From Blastocatellia bacterium (GTDB lineage: Bacteria > Acidobacteriota > Blastocatellia > RBC074), in NCBI GenBank assembly GCA_016789725.1, contig JAEUQN010000012.1:1448-65447 (forward strand): DNA of 64,000 nucleotides, read 5' to 3'. This document shows, in pieces, positions 37,402 to 47,649 of the stretch (position 1 is its first letter; each line of letters starts with the position of its first letter). The translations under genes and the position numbers were made by a program. The notes beneath the pieces were generated by a model that did no database searches, was not told where the DNA came from, and worked only from the letters and a program-made list of their open reading frames with translations.

Positions 37402-40400
37402 ATGCTTACCCGTACGATCAGCAAACTCACTACAAAACTCGCTTTGTTCGTTGGAACCTCTCTCGCCTTAGTGGCGGGCGGCGTTGTCACTTTTGTCAGT
37501 CAATCCGCAATTATACCCACGACTCCATCCGCGCAAGCGCGCGTCAAATTGCAAACGATTCACAAATCCATCCGGCTGAGCGATGCGGTGTCTTTGGGCG
37601 CGCCCGCTCTGGAGCAATCATCCGCCAGCCCGTTAACATTGGCTATGGCAGACTTTGACGAAGATGGAACGCCAGATTTGCTGAGCGGTTCGGTGAATGC
37701 CGGAGTAGGGTTTCTCAGTTTCTATCGCGGCAACAGTGAGGCGATTTATCCGACTCAACGGGGCGCGAATTCAAGCTCGCCATTTTCCCCGGCCAACATC
37801 TTTACCAACCTGCCCGCCGCACCGGATTTTTTGGTGGCAGGCGATTTTAATGCCGATGGACACAGCGATCTTGTGACCGCTGCGCGCAATGGTTCATCGC
37901 TGTATCTGCTTGTCGGCGATGGCAAAGGAGCGTTTGCAGAAGCGACCACGCTGGAATTGAGCGCCGCTGTGACATCGCTTGCAGCGGGCGAAATCAATCG
38001 CGTCGATGGCCTGGCGGATTTGGCGGTGGCCGTGACGGATCAATCGGGCGCACGCGTGATGTTGTTCGCCGGGGCAGAAGGCGCTTGGCGAGCAGTGCCG
38101 AAATCGTTCGCGCTGAAACAGGCTGCGAGCGCCTTGGAATTTGCCCATCTGACGCGCGATGGATTATCGGATTTGGCGATTGCTGCTGGCAATGAATTGG
38201 TCGTGTTGGAAGGCGGACAGCAAGTGCCGCGCCTGACCCGCACCGCGCTGTCCTTTACGGTGGATTCATTGGCTGTCGGGCGTTTTACCCGCACCACGCA
38301 CGACGAAATTGCCTTGCTGGCGCGGGACGGGTCGCTCTCTGTTGCCAGTTATCAAAGCGCCGCAGCGCAGCGAGGACGCCAATCGAACCGCGCTCGTTCC
38401 AACAGTAATTGGCAAGTGACCTCGTATCTTTCGGATGCTACGGCGCGCCTGGAAAATACTGGCACACGCCAATTATTGCGCGCCCGCGTTTCGGCCAGCA
38501 AACACGATGATTTGCTGACGTTGCAACACAATCAATTGCAATTTGTTACCCACAATGACACGCCGCAAATCGCGGTGGCAACATTGGAAGGCAATGCGGA
38601 GCTGATCGCTGCCTTGCCCTTGCGGACTACTGCGAGCGCGTTGCAAGGAGTGGTTTTGCTGAGCCGCAATCACACTGCGCCGTTACTGGTGCAGCCGGTG
38701 CCGGAGGCGTCATTCACGGTCAATTCCACGGCAGATGCGCCTGATTTGAATCCGGGAGATGGCACCTGTGCTGCCGCCGCAGGCGCACCGATTTGCACCT
38801 TGCGCGCCGCGATTCAGGAAGCCAATGCCAGCGCGGGGGCCGATACGATCACGTTCAATATTGGTGCCGGAACACAAGACATCAACCTGAACTCGGTTTT
38901 ACCACCGATTACAGAAACGCTGACGATTGACGCCTTTCCTCTCGCACCTGCCCCGGCGAGCCAGATTATTGCGCTGAACGCAACCGGGCAGATCACGGGT
39001 GGAATTGCCTTGCTAACCGTTGTTAGCGGGAACACAGCGATTCGTGGATTGGTCATCAACAATCTGTCTGGGTTTGCTGGCATTCGCTTGCAAAGCGGCG
39101 GAAACAACCGCATCGAAGGCAATGATATTCTTAATGGTTTCGATGGTGTCCAGATTGAACAGTCCGCGCAAAATATTATTGGTGGCACGACCGTCGCCGC
39201 GAGCAATATCATCAGTGGTAACTTTGATGCAGGCGTGGTGATTTCAGGAGCACTTTCCACAGGCAATCAGATTCTTGGGAACTACATCGGCACCGAAGAT
39301 ACTGGCGTCAGGTCGGTTGCCAACGGAGTTGGTATTTCTATTGATCTGGCGGTGAATAACATCATCGGTGGCACGACGACGACCGCACGCAACCTGATCT
39401 CCGGCAACTTTGAGGAAGGGATTGAAGTGATCGGAAATCAACAAATCCCGGCTCTTGCTGAAGCCGCAGATGGAAACGTGATTCAAGGGAACTATATCGG
39501 TGTTGATGCCACTGGTACTGCCGCGCTTGGCAATGGGGTTCTTTCAGAAGGCGGCTATCCTGGCATTACGCTGAGCGGCGCAAGCAACACCACTATTGGC
39601 GGGACCGTCGCCGGCGCTGGCAATGTGATCGCCAACAACGGGGACGACGGTGTCTCAATTCCGCCGCGCGGCACTTTTCCGGGATCGGAAGCATCGCTGA
39701 ACAACGCGATTCTGGGCAACTCCATTTTCAATAACAGCAGCTTGGGAATTGATCTTGAAGCTTCGGGCGTTACGACCAATGACCCCGGCGATGGAGATGC
39801 CGGATCAAATAATATTCAGAATTACCCAATCCTGACGGCGGCTTTGGCGCGTCCGACTGGCACCACCATCACTGGCACGCTCAACAGCACGGCGAGCAGC
39901 ACCTTTACGATAGAGTTTTTTAGTAATGCGGCTTGTGATAGTTCCGGCAATGGCGAAGGCGAAACGTTCATCGCCCGCACGACCGTTTCGACCAATGCCG
40001 CAGGTGTAGCGAATTTTTCCTTCGTCGCGCCCACTTCGATTGCTGCCGGACGCCTCGTGACGGCGACCGCAACCGATGCTAACAACAATACCTCAGAATT
40101 TTCGACCTGTGTGGCTGTCCAAAGTGCAGCCGCTGACCTGGACGTCACGCAAACCGTTTCGCCCAATCCAATTCTGGTTGGCAATAATTTGACCTATAAC
40201 ATTACCGTGACGAATAGTGGCCCAGACGATGCGACCGGCGTTTTGCTAACGAACGCCATCTCAATTCCCAACGGGCAATTTACGCTTGTTTCCGTGACGC
40301 CTTCACAAGGAACTTGCACGGGAACCGGACCCATTACCTGTTCTTTGGGAACGATTGTCTCGACGGCGAATGCGACTGTCAGGATTGTCGTAGCTCCCAC

Positions 40401-41940
40401 GATCCCAACGACAGGGACCCCACCACAATCTGTGACGGCCACAAACATCGCCAACGTTATTAGCAGCGAATTGGATCGCGTGATAGCGAACAACACCAAT
40501 GTAGCAGGAGCCACGGTGAACGCTTCAGCCGATTTAGCTGTGAGCCAAACGGTCTCGCCCAATCCGGCGGCAAGCGGCAGCGTCGTTACCTATACGATTA
40601 CGCTCACGAACAATGGACCGAGTACGGCAGGTAGTCCTTTTGCGCGGTTTGACCCTTCGCTTTTGCTAACGAATGTGACCTGCACGGCACCGGCGGGCTG
40701 GTCGTGCAATCGAGATGGCAATCCGTTCTTTGCTTCGGCAGCCAATTTTGCGCCCGGAACCGCAGTGTTTACGGTGCAGGGAACGTTGTCTTGCCTGGGG
40801 CAAAATGCGACCTTGACCAGTTCGGCAACGGTTTCCAGTTCGACGACAGATGTGAATGCCGCGAACAATGCCTCGACGCTCAATAGCGCAGCGCAAGCGG
40901 GGGCAGCCATCGGCACGATTGCCTATGACGTCGCCAATACAACGTCCTTACAGTTGGGGCCAGTCGTTGCGGGCAGTAGCGGTACGCCACCATCAGGGAC
41001 CTTTACCCTGACGAACACGGGATGTTTGCCGATGAATCTGACCACGGCGCAATTTGTTCGGGCGGGGAACACCACCAATCTGTCTGGCGTGGATGACAGT
41101 CGCTATTTCTCCTTGCGACTGGTTCCGGCGACTGGCGCAGAAATTTCACTGCCTCCGACAGCGAACCCTGACCGCAATGCGCCGCAACCGATTCCCGTCG
41201 GTCGCACACTGCAAAGCGGGCAATCGTTGCGGTTCCGCGTGGTTTTCAGCCCGTCGTTGCCGTTCTTTGCCGGAGTCTTTGCCGTGCGCGATCAGGGGTT
41301 GTTTGCCAATCAGGTTCTGCCGGATTTATTCAGCTCGCGGATTGTCTTTAACTTCATCACGGGCAATTCCACGCCCTTGCCTGAAGCGGCTGGTGATCCG
41401 GGGACTGCGGCGGCAGATTTGACTGCCCGTGTCGCGCCTGCCATTCAAATCATTCCGCGCGATGGCAACACCATTGGCAATCCTGCGACCACTCCGCTGG
41501 TCATTATGGAAACCTTGCGCGGTGATTTCCGCGTGCGTGTTTCGATGTATGATGCCAACAAGAACGCTACTCGCATTACCTATCAATTCTTCGATACGTT
41601 CCGACAACCCGCGAGCAATCCAATTGCGGTGGATTTGACCAGCCTGATTAGTTCCTCGGCCTTGTTGCCGGGGCAGGCGTTCACGATCCAGCAGGATTTC
41701 AGTGGCGCGGCGGGACGACCTGATATTGTGTATGTTCGCGTCAGCGTGACGGATGGAGATGGGACGACCGTAGCGGCTTCGTCCAGCTCTTTGCTTCCGG
41801 CGCTTGCGCCTTCCATTTTAGGTTCAACCGAAGCGTTCAATTCAGACGTGATAACATTACCTGCCCTCAGAATAAATGGCAGTGCTGGCTTGGGTCAGAC
41901 GGACTTTCGTCAAGACACCAAGGCCAGAAGGGAGAATTAA
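37402..41940 (+). CDS. Large exported protein: FG-GAP-like repeats, CSLREA domain, parallel beta-helix, two DUF11 domains
   Basis: ADFDEDGTPDL, GDFNADGHSDL, FTVNSTAD...CTLRAAIQEAN, repeated N.IGGT...N.ISGN, NNTSEFS, ADL.V.QTVSPNP...TY.IT.TN.GP x2. Confidence 0.87.
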   Translation: MLTRTISKLTTKLALFVGTSLALVAGGVVTFVSQSAIIPTTPSAQARVKLQTIHKSIRLSDAVSLGAPALEQSSASPLTLAMADFDEDGTPDLLSGSVNAGVGFLSFYRGNSEAIYPTQRGANSSSPFSPANIFTNLPAAPDFLVAGDFNADGHSDLVTAARNGSSLYLLVGDGKGAFAEATTLELSAAVTSLAAGEINRVDGLADLAVAVTDQSGARVMLFAGAEGAWRAVPKSFALKQAASALEFAHLTRDGLSDLAIAAGNELVVLEGGQQVPRLTRTALSFTVDSLAVGRFTRTTHDEIALLARDGSLSVASYQSAAAQRGRQSNRARSNSNWQVTSYLSDATARLENTGTRQLLRARVSASKHDDLLTLQHNQLQFVTHNDTPQIAVATLEGNAELIAALPLRTTASALQGVVLLSRNHTAPLLVQPVPEASFTVNSTADAPDLNPGDGTCAAAAGAPICTLRAAIQEANASAGADTITFNIGAGTQDINLNSVLPPITETLTIDAFPLAPAPASQIIALNATGQITGGIALLTVVSGNTAIRGLVINNLSGFAGIRLQSGGNNRIEGNDILNGFDGVQIEQSAQNIIGGTTVAASNIISGNFDAGVVISGALSTGNQILGNYIGTEDTGVRSVANGVGISIDLAVNNIIGGTTTTARNLISGNFEEGIEVIGNQQIPALAEAADGNVIQGNYIGVDATGTAALGNGVLSEGGYPGITLSGASNTTIGGTVAGAGNVIANNGDDGVSIPPRGTFPGSEASLNNAILGNSIFNNSSLGIDLEASGVTTNDPGDGDAGSNNIQNYPILTAALARPTGTTITGTLNSTASSTFTIEFFSNAACDSSGNGEGETFIARTTVSTNAAGVANFSFVAPTSIAAGRLVTATATDANNNTSEFSTCVAVQSAAADLDVTQTVSPNPILVGNNLTYNITVTNSGPDDATGVLLTNAISIPNGQFTLVSVTPSQGTCTGTGPITCSLGTIVSTANATVRIVVAPTIPTTGTPPQSVTATNIANVISSELDRVIANNTNVAGATVNASADLAVSQTVSPNPAASGSVVTYTITLTNNGPSTAGSPFARFDPSLLLTNVTCTAPAGWSCNRDGNPFFASAANFAPGTAVFTVQGTLSCLGQNATLTSSATVSSSTTDVNAANNASTLNSAAQAGAAIGTIAYDVANTTSLQLGPVVAGSSGTPPSGTFTLTNTGCLPMNLTTAQFVRAGNTTNLSGVDDSRYFSLRLVPATGAEISLPPTANPDRNAPQPIPVGRTLQSGQSLRFRVVFSPSLPFFAGVFAVRDQGLFANQVLPDLFSSRIVFNFITGNSTPLPEAAGDPGTAAADLTARVAPAIQIIPRDGNTIGNPATTPLVIMETLRGDFRVRVSMYDANKNATRITYQFFDTFRQPASNPIAVDLTSLISSSALLPGQAFTIQQDFSGAAGRPDIVYVRVSVTDGDGTTVAASSSSLLPALAPSILGSTEAFNSDVITLPALRINGSAGLGQTDFRQDTKARREN

Positions 41941-41942
41941 CT

Positions 41943-42983
41943 ATGCGAAACAACAAATCCACGATTTTACTGCTCATCATTGCGGTGACGATGGCCCCGA
42001 TCACTTTGCTGGCACGGACGGAACCCGTCAGCCTGCGCTCCAACGCTTCGCCGCGTATGGCCGCACCAATCGGTTCGGTCGAATCTTTGGAGACGATTCA
42101 AATCAATGGGACGCCGAGCGGTCAGCAAAGTTTGATTTGGAATGGTGATCTGGTGAAAGCTTCCGCTGGGGCCAGCGCCCAGGTGATGCTTTCTGCCATT
42201 GGCAAAGTCGCCTTGCGTGGCGGGTCAACCGTCAAGCTGTCAACCAACCCGGAAGCGCAAACCTTGCGCGCTGATTTGCTCAAAGGCGAATTAAACGTCG
42301 CGCTCAAACCGGAGTCCTCCGCGACGCTTGAAATCGCTGGCACCGCATTTGTCACGACCAAAGGCGCACAGTTTCGCGCCAGCGTCCGCGAAGGCCAGCC
42401 CGTTGTGCGGGCTACGGTGGGCAGCGTGGTAATGCTGGGAAGTTTTGGCTTGCTTTCGGTGGCGGAGGCGGCAGCGCAGCAGCAGCAAACGGCTCCGCGC
42501 AAATATCTCATCAAGCCGCTCAACCTTGGCACCAATACTGAAATCCGCGCGCGCTCCACACGCAACTTGCAGGTTCAGGTGACAGATGAAAATGATCGCC
42601 CGGTGCCTGATGCGCCCGTGTTATTCCTGCTCGGTGCGGGCGGTTCCGGCAGCGGCGGCGCAGGAACGCTGGCGGGGCAAACCAGCTTGCGCGTAGTGAC
42701 GAATTCGCAAGGTGTCGCGGAAGTAAATTTCACCGCCGGAGACACCGTCGGCAGCTCGACTCGCATCGAAGCGCGAGTCGAAGGTTCAGATGCCGTGTGG
42801 CAAGGCACGATCAATATTATTCGCGCCGCCGCCGGGTTCTGGTCTCCGCAAAATGCGGTGCCGATTTTCGGTGTGTTGGGTGCCGCTGTCGGCGTTGGCA
42901 TTTACAAGATAACGACGCGCGATCCCGTACGGACAACGCCCAATATTGAACCGCGCACGGGTGGTTCTGTGATCTTGCCGTAG
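41943..42983 (+). CDS. Exported protein with FecR-like N-domain, Ig-like (Big_1-like) domain and C-terminal membrane anchor
   Basis: Signal peptide; LIWNGDLV...LLKGEL...GAQF; VQVTDENDRPVPDAPVLF...TNSQGVA; hydrophobic segment near the C-terminus. Confidence 0.7.
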   Translation: MRNNKSTILLLIIAVTMAPITLLARTEPVSLRSNASPRMAAPIGSVESLETIQINGTPSGQQSLIWNGDLVKASAGASAQVMLSAIGKVALRGGSTVKLSTNPEAQTLRADLLKGELNVALKPESSATLEIAGTAFVTTKGAQFRASVREGQPVVRATVGSVVMLGSFGLLSVAEAAAQQQQTAPRKYLIKPLNLGTNTEIRARSTRNLQVQVTDENDRPVPDAPVLFLLGAGGSGSGGAGTLAGQTSLRVVTNSQGVAEVNFTAGDTVGSSTRIEARVEGSDAVWQGTINIIRAAAGFWSPQNAVPIFGVLGAAVGVGIYKITTRDPVRTTPNIEPRTGGSVILP

Positions 42984-43027
42984 CCGTGAATGGGGCTGCG
43001 AATCGTTATTGAGAGCAAGAAAATAAA

Positions 43028-43093
43028 ACCACGAAGAACACGAAGAAAAGGGCAAAAAAGCCTGAAGAGATAAGTCGTCGTGTTCTTCGTGGT
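43028..43093. repeat. Nonamer-period inverted-repeat element, same family as 29116-29227
   Basis: ACCACGAAGAACACGAAGAA ... GTCGTCGTGTTCTTCGTGGT. Confidence 0.8.
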
Positions 43094-43127
43094 GAAAATT
43101 TGTGCAATACCAGTTTTCAGGAGCTTT

Positions 43128-45539
43128 ATGTACTATTTCAATCGCGTTCTCCTAACAATCCTGCTGCTTGGCCTTCCGTTTCTGGCTTCCTCGCAAACGC
43201 GTGAACGCGGGCTTTCTGTCAAAGTGGGCGCAACCAAAGAAGACCTCACTGCAAAACGCGATGTGAATTTATGGGCCGTCGTGATTGGCGTTTCGCGCTA
43301 CAAGATGGGCGACCAAAACGTTGACGGCAATCAAATCTCGAATCTGAAAAATGCTGCCGAAGACGCCACCGAAATCTACAAGTTTTTGCGTAGCCCCGAA
43401 GGCGGCAGCTTCCCCGAATCCAATATCTCGCTGCTCGTAGATGACCAGGCGACAAAAGCCAATATTGAAGCGGCCCTGGACAAGCTCAAGCAATCCAAGC
43501 CCGATGATTATTTTGTCGTTTTTATCGCAGCGCACGGTGTGATTTGGCAGGAGCGCGGCGCATCCGGTCGGACAGAAGAATATCCATACTTTGTGGTGTA
43601 TGACACCGACCCACGGGCAATTGCCAAAACCAGTATTCGGATGGAAAGCTTCAAGCGTACGGTCAACAGCGTGCCAGCGAAAAAAGGTTTGGTGATTTCC
43701 GATACCTGTCACAGCGCGGGCGTGATGCTCGACAGTGGTTCGCGCGGACTCGCGGTGACGCAGCGCGCGCAGAATCAATGGTTGGAAGAGTTGAAAGAAA
43801 TTCCGCGTGGCGTCGGGTATTTGTCCGCCGCCGATCAAAATGAATCGTCGCTGGAAAAAGATGATCTCGGTCACGGCGTGTTCACGTATTGCTTGCTCGA
43901 AGCCGTGCGCGGTAATGCGGATTTCGATGCCGATGGCAAAGTGACGTTTGAAGAACTGCGCACTTATGTTCGTGATGAAGTGCCGAAGATGACCGACAAT
44001 CGCCAGCATCCGCAATACGCGACCACCATGCTGAGCGCGAATAATTTGCCGTTGTCAGTTGTCACCTATCCTGAGGTTGGCAAGTGCAGCGCGGCGTCGC
44101 CCTGCGGCACCTTGCGCATCACGAACCCTGAAGTTGAAGGCGTCGAAATTCTGATTGATGACAAATCGCTCGGACCATTGGCGACCGGCGGTCAACGCAC
44201 GATTCGCGTGCCTGCGGGCGAACGCCGCCTGACGTTGGCGAAAGGCTCGGTCAAGCAAACGCAAGCCGCCAAAGTTGAGCCAAACAAAACGACTTCGTAT
44301 GAAATCAACGCCGCCTTTACACAGAGCAATGCTGAAGAAGTTGTCGAGCAAACGGCGCAACAAAAGACGGTCTATTTAGGCGAAGAAAAACAACCGACCA
44401 AAGACGCCGAAAAGAAATTGCAGGAGGGCGTTGACCTCTTCAATAAGCAAAAGTTCCGCGAGGCGATTGCGCTCTTCAACGAAGCCGTTCGGCTCAACGG
44501 CGGCGGCTATCATCAAGCCTTCACCTATCGCGGTCGCGCCGAACAATCGCTCGGTGCAAAAGAAGACGCGATCAAAAGTTTCACCGAAGCTCTTGCTGTT
44601 CGTCCGACCGATTACCAGACCAAAACTCTGTTGGCAGAGGCCAAATTCAACGCCGGGCGCAACACCGAAGAAATCGCCAACGAATTGCGGGCGATCAATA
44701 AACGATACCCGCTCTACGATTTCGCTTACGTTGTGCTGGGCGATGTGTTGTTTGCACGTGGCGACAAAATCGGCGCAGAAAAAGCTCTGCGCAAAGCCAT
44801 CGGCATCAATCCGAAATTTCCTCCGGCACGCATGATCCTCGCGCACGTTTTGATGTCGAAAGACCCAGCGGCGAAGTTCATTGATATGGGCAAAGAAGTG
44901 AACGCCATGCCGTTCAAGGAAGCCACCGAACAGGCCGAAGAATCGTTGCGGCTTTTCAATGAAGTGGCGAAGAAAAAAGTTTCGGCGCTCAAAGCCGCCA
45001 AATCACTTTCCATCTCGCATCTGATTTTTGGCGGCGGTCGTTATGAAGATAACTCCGCGCTGGCCGAAGCGAATTATATTCTCGGCAAAGCTTACACGCG
45101 TTATGCAGGCTGGGAAGAAGGAAATCTGCCCGACGCCGTGCGAATGAGTTACATTGACAAAGGTCGCGTTAATATTCAGGAAGCATTACGTCTGTCGCAA
45201 AATTCGCCGGACAAGATGCGCCAGTTTTTATCGCTTTGGATCAGCGCCGACAACGCCTTTTTGAAGGGCGATTCGCCGCGCGCGATCAAGGATGCCGAAG
45301 CTGCTCTGAAGTTGGCGGACGCCATGCCGAATGTCGAATTATCGGGCGACCGATTTGAACTGTATACGATCCTCTATCAATCGTTTTACACCTCACAGGA
45401 ATACACCAAAGCCGCCGAAGCCTTGCGCAAAGGGTTGAACATTTACGGCAATCGTCTGCCCGCTGACGAGCGCCAACGCATTGCCGATATGCTGCGCGAA
45501 GTTGAAGAACGGGGCAAAGCAAATCGCAAGAAGAAATAA
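43128..45539 (+). CDS. Exported caspase-family (C14) protein with PEGA-like and TPR domains
   Basis: Signal peptide, WAVVIGVSRY, FIAAHG, ISDTCHS, GHGVFTYCLLEA, ADFDADGKVTFEEL, PEGA-like segment, multiple TPR-like helices; AGGAG RBS before ATG 43128. Confidence 0.9.
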   Translation: MYYFNRVLLTILLLGLPFLASSQTRERGLSVKVGATKEDLTAKRDVNLWAVVIGVSRYKMGDQNVDGNQISNLKNAAEDATEIYKFLRSPEGGSFPESNISLLVDDQATKANIEAALDKLKQSKPDDYFVVFIAAHGVIWQERGASGRTEEYPYFVVYDTDPRAIAKTSIRMESFKRTVNSVPAKKGLVISDTCHSAGVMLDSGSRGLAVTQRAQNQWLEELKEIPRGVGYLSAADQNESSLEKDDLGHGVFTYCLLEAVRGNADFDADGKVTFEELRTYVRDEVPKMTDNRQHPQYATTMLSANNLPLSVVTYPEVGKCSAASPCGTLRITNPEVEGVEILIDDKSLGPLATGGQRTIRVPAGERRLTLAKGSVKQTQAAKVEPNKTTSYEINAAFTQSNAEEVVEQTAQQKTVYLGEEKQPTKDAEKKLQEGVDLFNKQKFREAIALFNEAVRLNGGGYHQAFTYRGRAEQSLGAKEDAIKSFTEALAVRPTDYQTKTLLAEAKFNAGRNTEEIANELRAINKRYPLYDFAYVVLGDVLFARGDKIGAEKALRKAIGINPKFPPARMILAHVLMSKDPAAKFIDMGKEVNAMPFKEATEQAEESLRLFNEVAKKKVSALKAAKSLSISHLIFGGGRYEDNSALAEANYILGKAYTRYAGWEEGNLPDAVRMSYIDKGRVNIQEALRLSQNSPDKMRQFLSLWISADNAFLKGDSPRAIKDAEAALKLADAMPNVELSGDRFELYTILYQSFYTSQEYTKAAEALRKGLNIYGNRLPADERQRIADMLREVEERGKANRKKK

Positions 45540-45567
45540 GCAATTGCCTGAAAATACTGTGTTTTTA

Positions 45568-45814
45568 GAGCGTGTTTGGAAATTTGATGGTCATAACCCG
45601 CGCAGGCGGGTGCTAGCATAAAGCCTGGGGTGCAGGCGCAAGCCGTAACCCCAGGACCACGTGATCATCCGTGCCTAGCCTGTGTAACAGGCGACAGCGC
45701 ATTGGCTCTCGCCCGTGACACGGGCTGCGACATTCTTGTTCACGTCTACCTGGGGCTACACGCCCCAGGCTTTATGCTGCCGCTTGCTTCGCCAGCTAAT
45801 TTCCAAACACGCTG
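45568..45814. mobile_element. 247-bp MITE with IS5-like terminal inverted repeats and TTA target duplication
   Basis: AGCGTGTTTGGAAATT (45569-45584) and AATTTCCAAACACGCT (45798-45813) form a perfect 16-bp IR; TTA at 45565-45567 and 45815-45817; nested internal palindromes; no transposase. Confidence 0.8.
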
Positions 45815-45828
45815 TTAGGGAAGTTGGA

Positions 45829-45868
45829 CAGGATGAGCAAGAGGTAGAATAAATCTTTGCTCATCCTG
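45829..45868. repeat. Hairpin CAGGATGAGCAA / TTGCTCATCCTG
   Basis: 12-bp perfect inverted repeat just downstream of the MITE. Confidence 0.6.
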
Positions 45869-46039
45869 GTTCAGCTTGAAAATCCTGCCTGATCTGCTTT
45901 CGCGTGTTCTGCATTCTCAGCGGGCTAATCTTTTCCCTTTCCTGCTCACTCCTGACTTTTCTCCAAGCCATTTCCAGTTTATTCTTTCCCTTCATTTGCA
46001 CTCACAACTCAACCCCTTTGGAATTACAACAGGAGCGAT

Positions 46040-47557
46040 ATGAAGCAGGACAAATTCTCTCGACGTAAATTTGTAGTCGGCACAGGTAGTGCCGCACTGA
46101 GCGCGATGATTGTGCCGCGTCACGTGTTGGGCGGCGTGGGTTATCAAGCGCCGAGCAATAAACTCAACTTCGCGGTTGTCGGCTGCGGTGGACAAGGCGC
46201 GTCTGATTCGACAGAACTCGTCGCAGCGGGCGAAAACATCGTCGCACTCGCGGACGTGGATTTTGGTTATGTGGACAAAGCCGTCGCCGAAAGCACAAAG
46301 AACCGCGATGGCTCGCCGAATCCCGCCCGCATGAAATTGCAGGAAGCGTACGGCAAGGCGAAACGCTATGCGGATTTCCGCGAGATGCTCGACAAACAAA
46401 AAGACATTGACGCGGTGTTAGTTGCTACGCCCGATCATATCCACGCCATAGCCGCCAAGGCAGCAATGGACGCTGGCAAGCACGTGTATTGCGAAAAGCC
46501 GTTGACGTGGTCGGTGCAGGAAGCACGCGTGCTGCGCGAAACTGCCGCCAAGAATCCTAAGCTTGTTACGCAAATGGGTAATCAAGGGCACTCCAGCCCT
46601 GAAGCACGCCTCATCAACGAATGGATTCAAGCCGGGATCATTGGCAAGGTCCGCGAAGTGTACGTCTGGACGAATCGTCCGATCTGGCCGCAAGGCGTGC
46701 CGCGTCCAAACGTGCCGCAAGCCATGAACGGCGGCGGCTTTGGCAATGATTGGGGCATGCGCAAAATCAATCGCACACTTGGCAACGCGATGATGTTCAA
46801 TGTCTCGACCCCCTCGACGTTGAATTGGGACTTGTATCTTGGCCCCGCACCCGAAGTTCCGTTCCATCCGATCTATCACCCGTTTAATTGGCGTGGTTGG
46901 GTGGATTGGGGAACCGGTGCGATTGGTGATATGGCCGCGCACCTGGTTGACCATCCGTATTGGGCTTTGGGCTTGCGGTATCCTGACACGATTGAAACAA
47001 CGTCTTCGCCGTTTGGCACAGACGATAAAGGCCAACCTGCCAGCTATCCGGTCGCGGCGCAAACGGTCTACAACTTCCCGGCGCGCGGTAATCAACCGCC
47101 CGTGCGAATGATTTGGGGCGATGGCGGCCTGATGGCTCCACGTCCAGCGGCCTTGCCCGAAAACGTGCCGCTGCAACGCGGTGGTGGCGTGATCTTTGTC
47201 GGCGAAAAAGGCATCCTGATGCACGAAACCTACGGCAAGAACCCGCAACTCTATCCGCAATCGCTGATGGAAGACGCGAAGAAGGTCAAGCCAACCTATG
47301 AACGCGTCGTCGCCGATGAACAAGGCAACGCGCTGCATCGCGTGAACTGGGCAAATGCGTGCAAAGGCGTTGGCAAATCCAGCACGCCGTTTGAGTACGC
47401 GGGCCGTTTGACCGAGACGATGTTGCTTGGAGTCGTAGCTTTGAAAGCAGGGCAGGGCGTACAAATTCGATACGATGGCGAAACGGGCCGCATCACCAAC
47501 AACGCCGACGCGAATCAATATTTGCACCGCGAATATCGCAAAGGCTGGACGCTGTAA
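46040..47557 (+). CDS. Gfo/Idh/MocA family oxidoreductase, Tat-exported
   Basis: [53 protein letters not shown]. Confidence 0.95.
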   Translation: MKQDKFSRRKFVVGTGSAALSAMIVPRHVLGGVGYQAPSNKLNFAVVGCGGQGASDSTELVAAGENIVALADVDFGYVDKAVAESTKNRDGSPNPARMKLQEAYGKAKRYADFREMLDKQKDIDAVLVATPDHIHAIAAKAAMDAGKHVYCEKPLTWSVQEARVLRETAAKNPKLVTQMGNQGHSSPEARLINEWIQAGIIGKVREVYVWTNRPIWPQGVPRPNVPQAMNGGGFGNDWGMRKINRTLGNAMMFNVSTPSTLNWDLYLGPAPEVPFHPIYHPFNWRGWVDWGTGAIGDMAAHLVDHPYWALGLRYPDTIETTSSPFGTDDKGQPASYPVAAQTVYNFPARGNQPPVRMIWGDGGLMAPRPAALPENVPLQRGGGVIFVGEKGILMHETYGKNPQLYPQSLMEDAKKVKPTYERVVADEQGNALHRVNWANACKGVGKSSTPFEYAGRLTETMLLGVVALKAGQGVQIRYDGETGRITNNADANQYLHREYRKGWTL

Positions 47558-47567
47558 AAGACGACAT

Positions 47568-47631
47568 GGGGAAGGGGCGACGGGGAGACAGGGAGATCTT
47601 TTCGCCGTGTCGCCCTATCGCCCCCTCGCCG
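47568..47631. repeat. Octamer-period inverted-repeat element
   Basis: GGGGAAGGGGCGACGGGGAGACAGGGAGA-tctt-TTCGCCGTGTCGCCCTATCGCCCCCTCGCCG. Confidence 0.75.
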
Positions 47632-47649
47632 TATCTTATAAAACAAAAC

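Noticed and set aside
45630-45818. 62-aa ORF inside the MITE
   Set aside because: Lies in palindromic non-coding DNA, with no transposase motifs or RBS.
46418-47527. 369-aa antisense ORF over the Gfo/Idh/MocA gene
   Set aside because: Shadow ORF produced by sense-strand codon bias.
47566-47649. N-terminal extension of the aldo/keto reductase
   Set aside because: Translation of the octamer hairpin; the family domain starts after ATG 47650.
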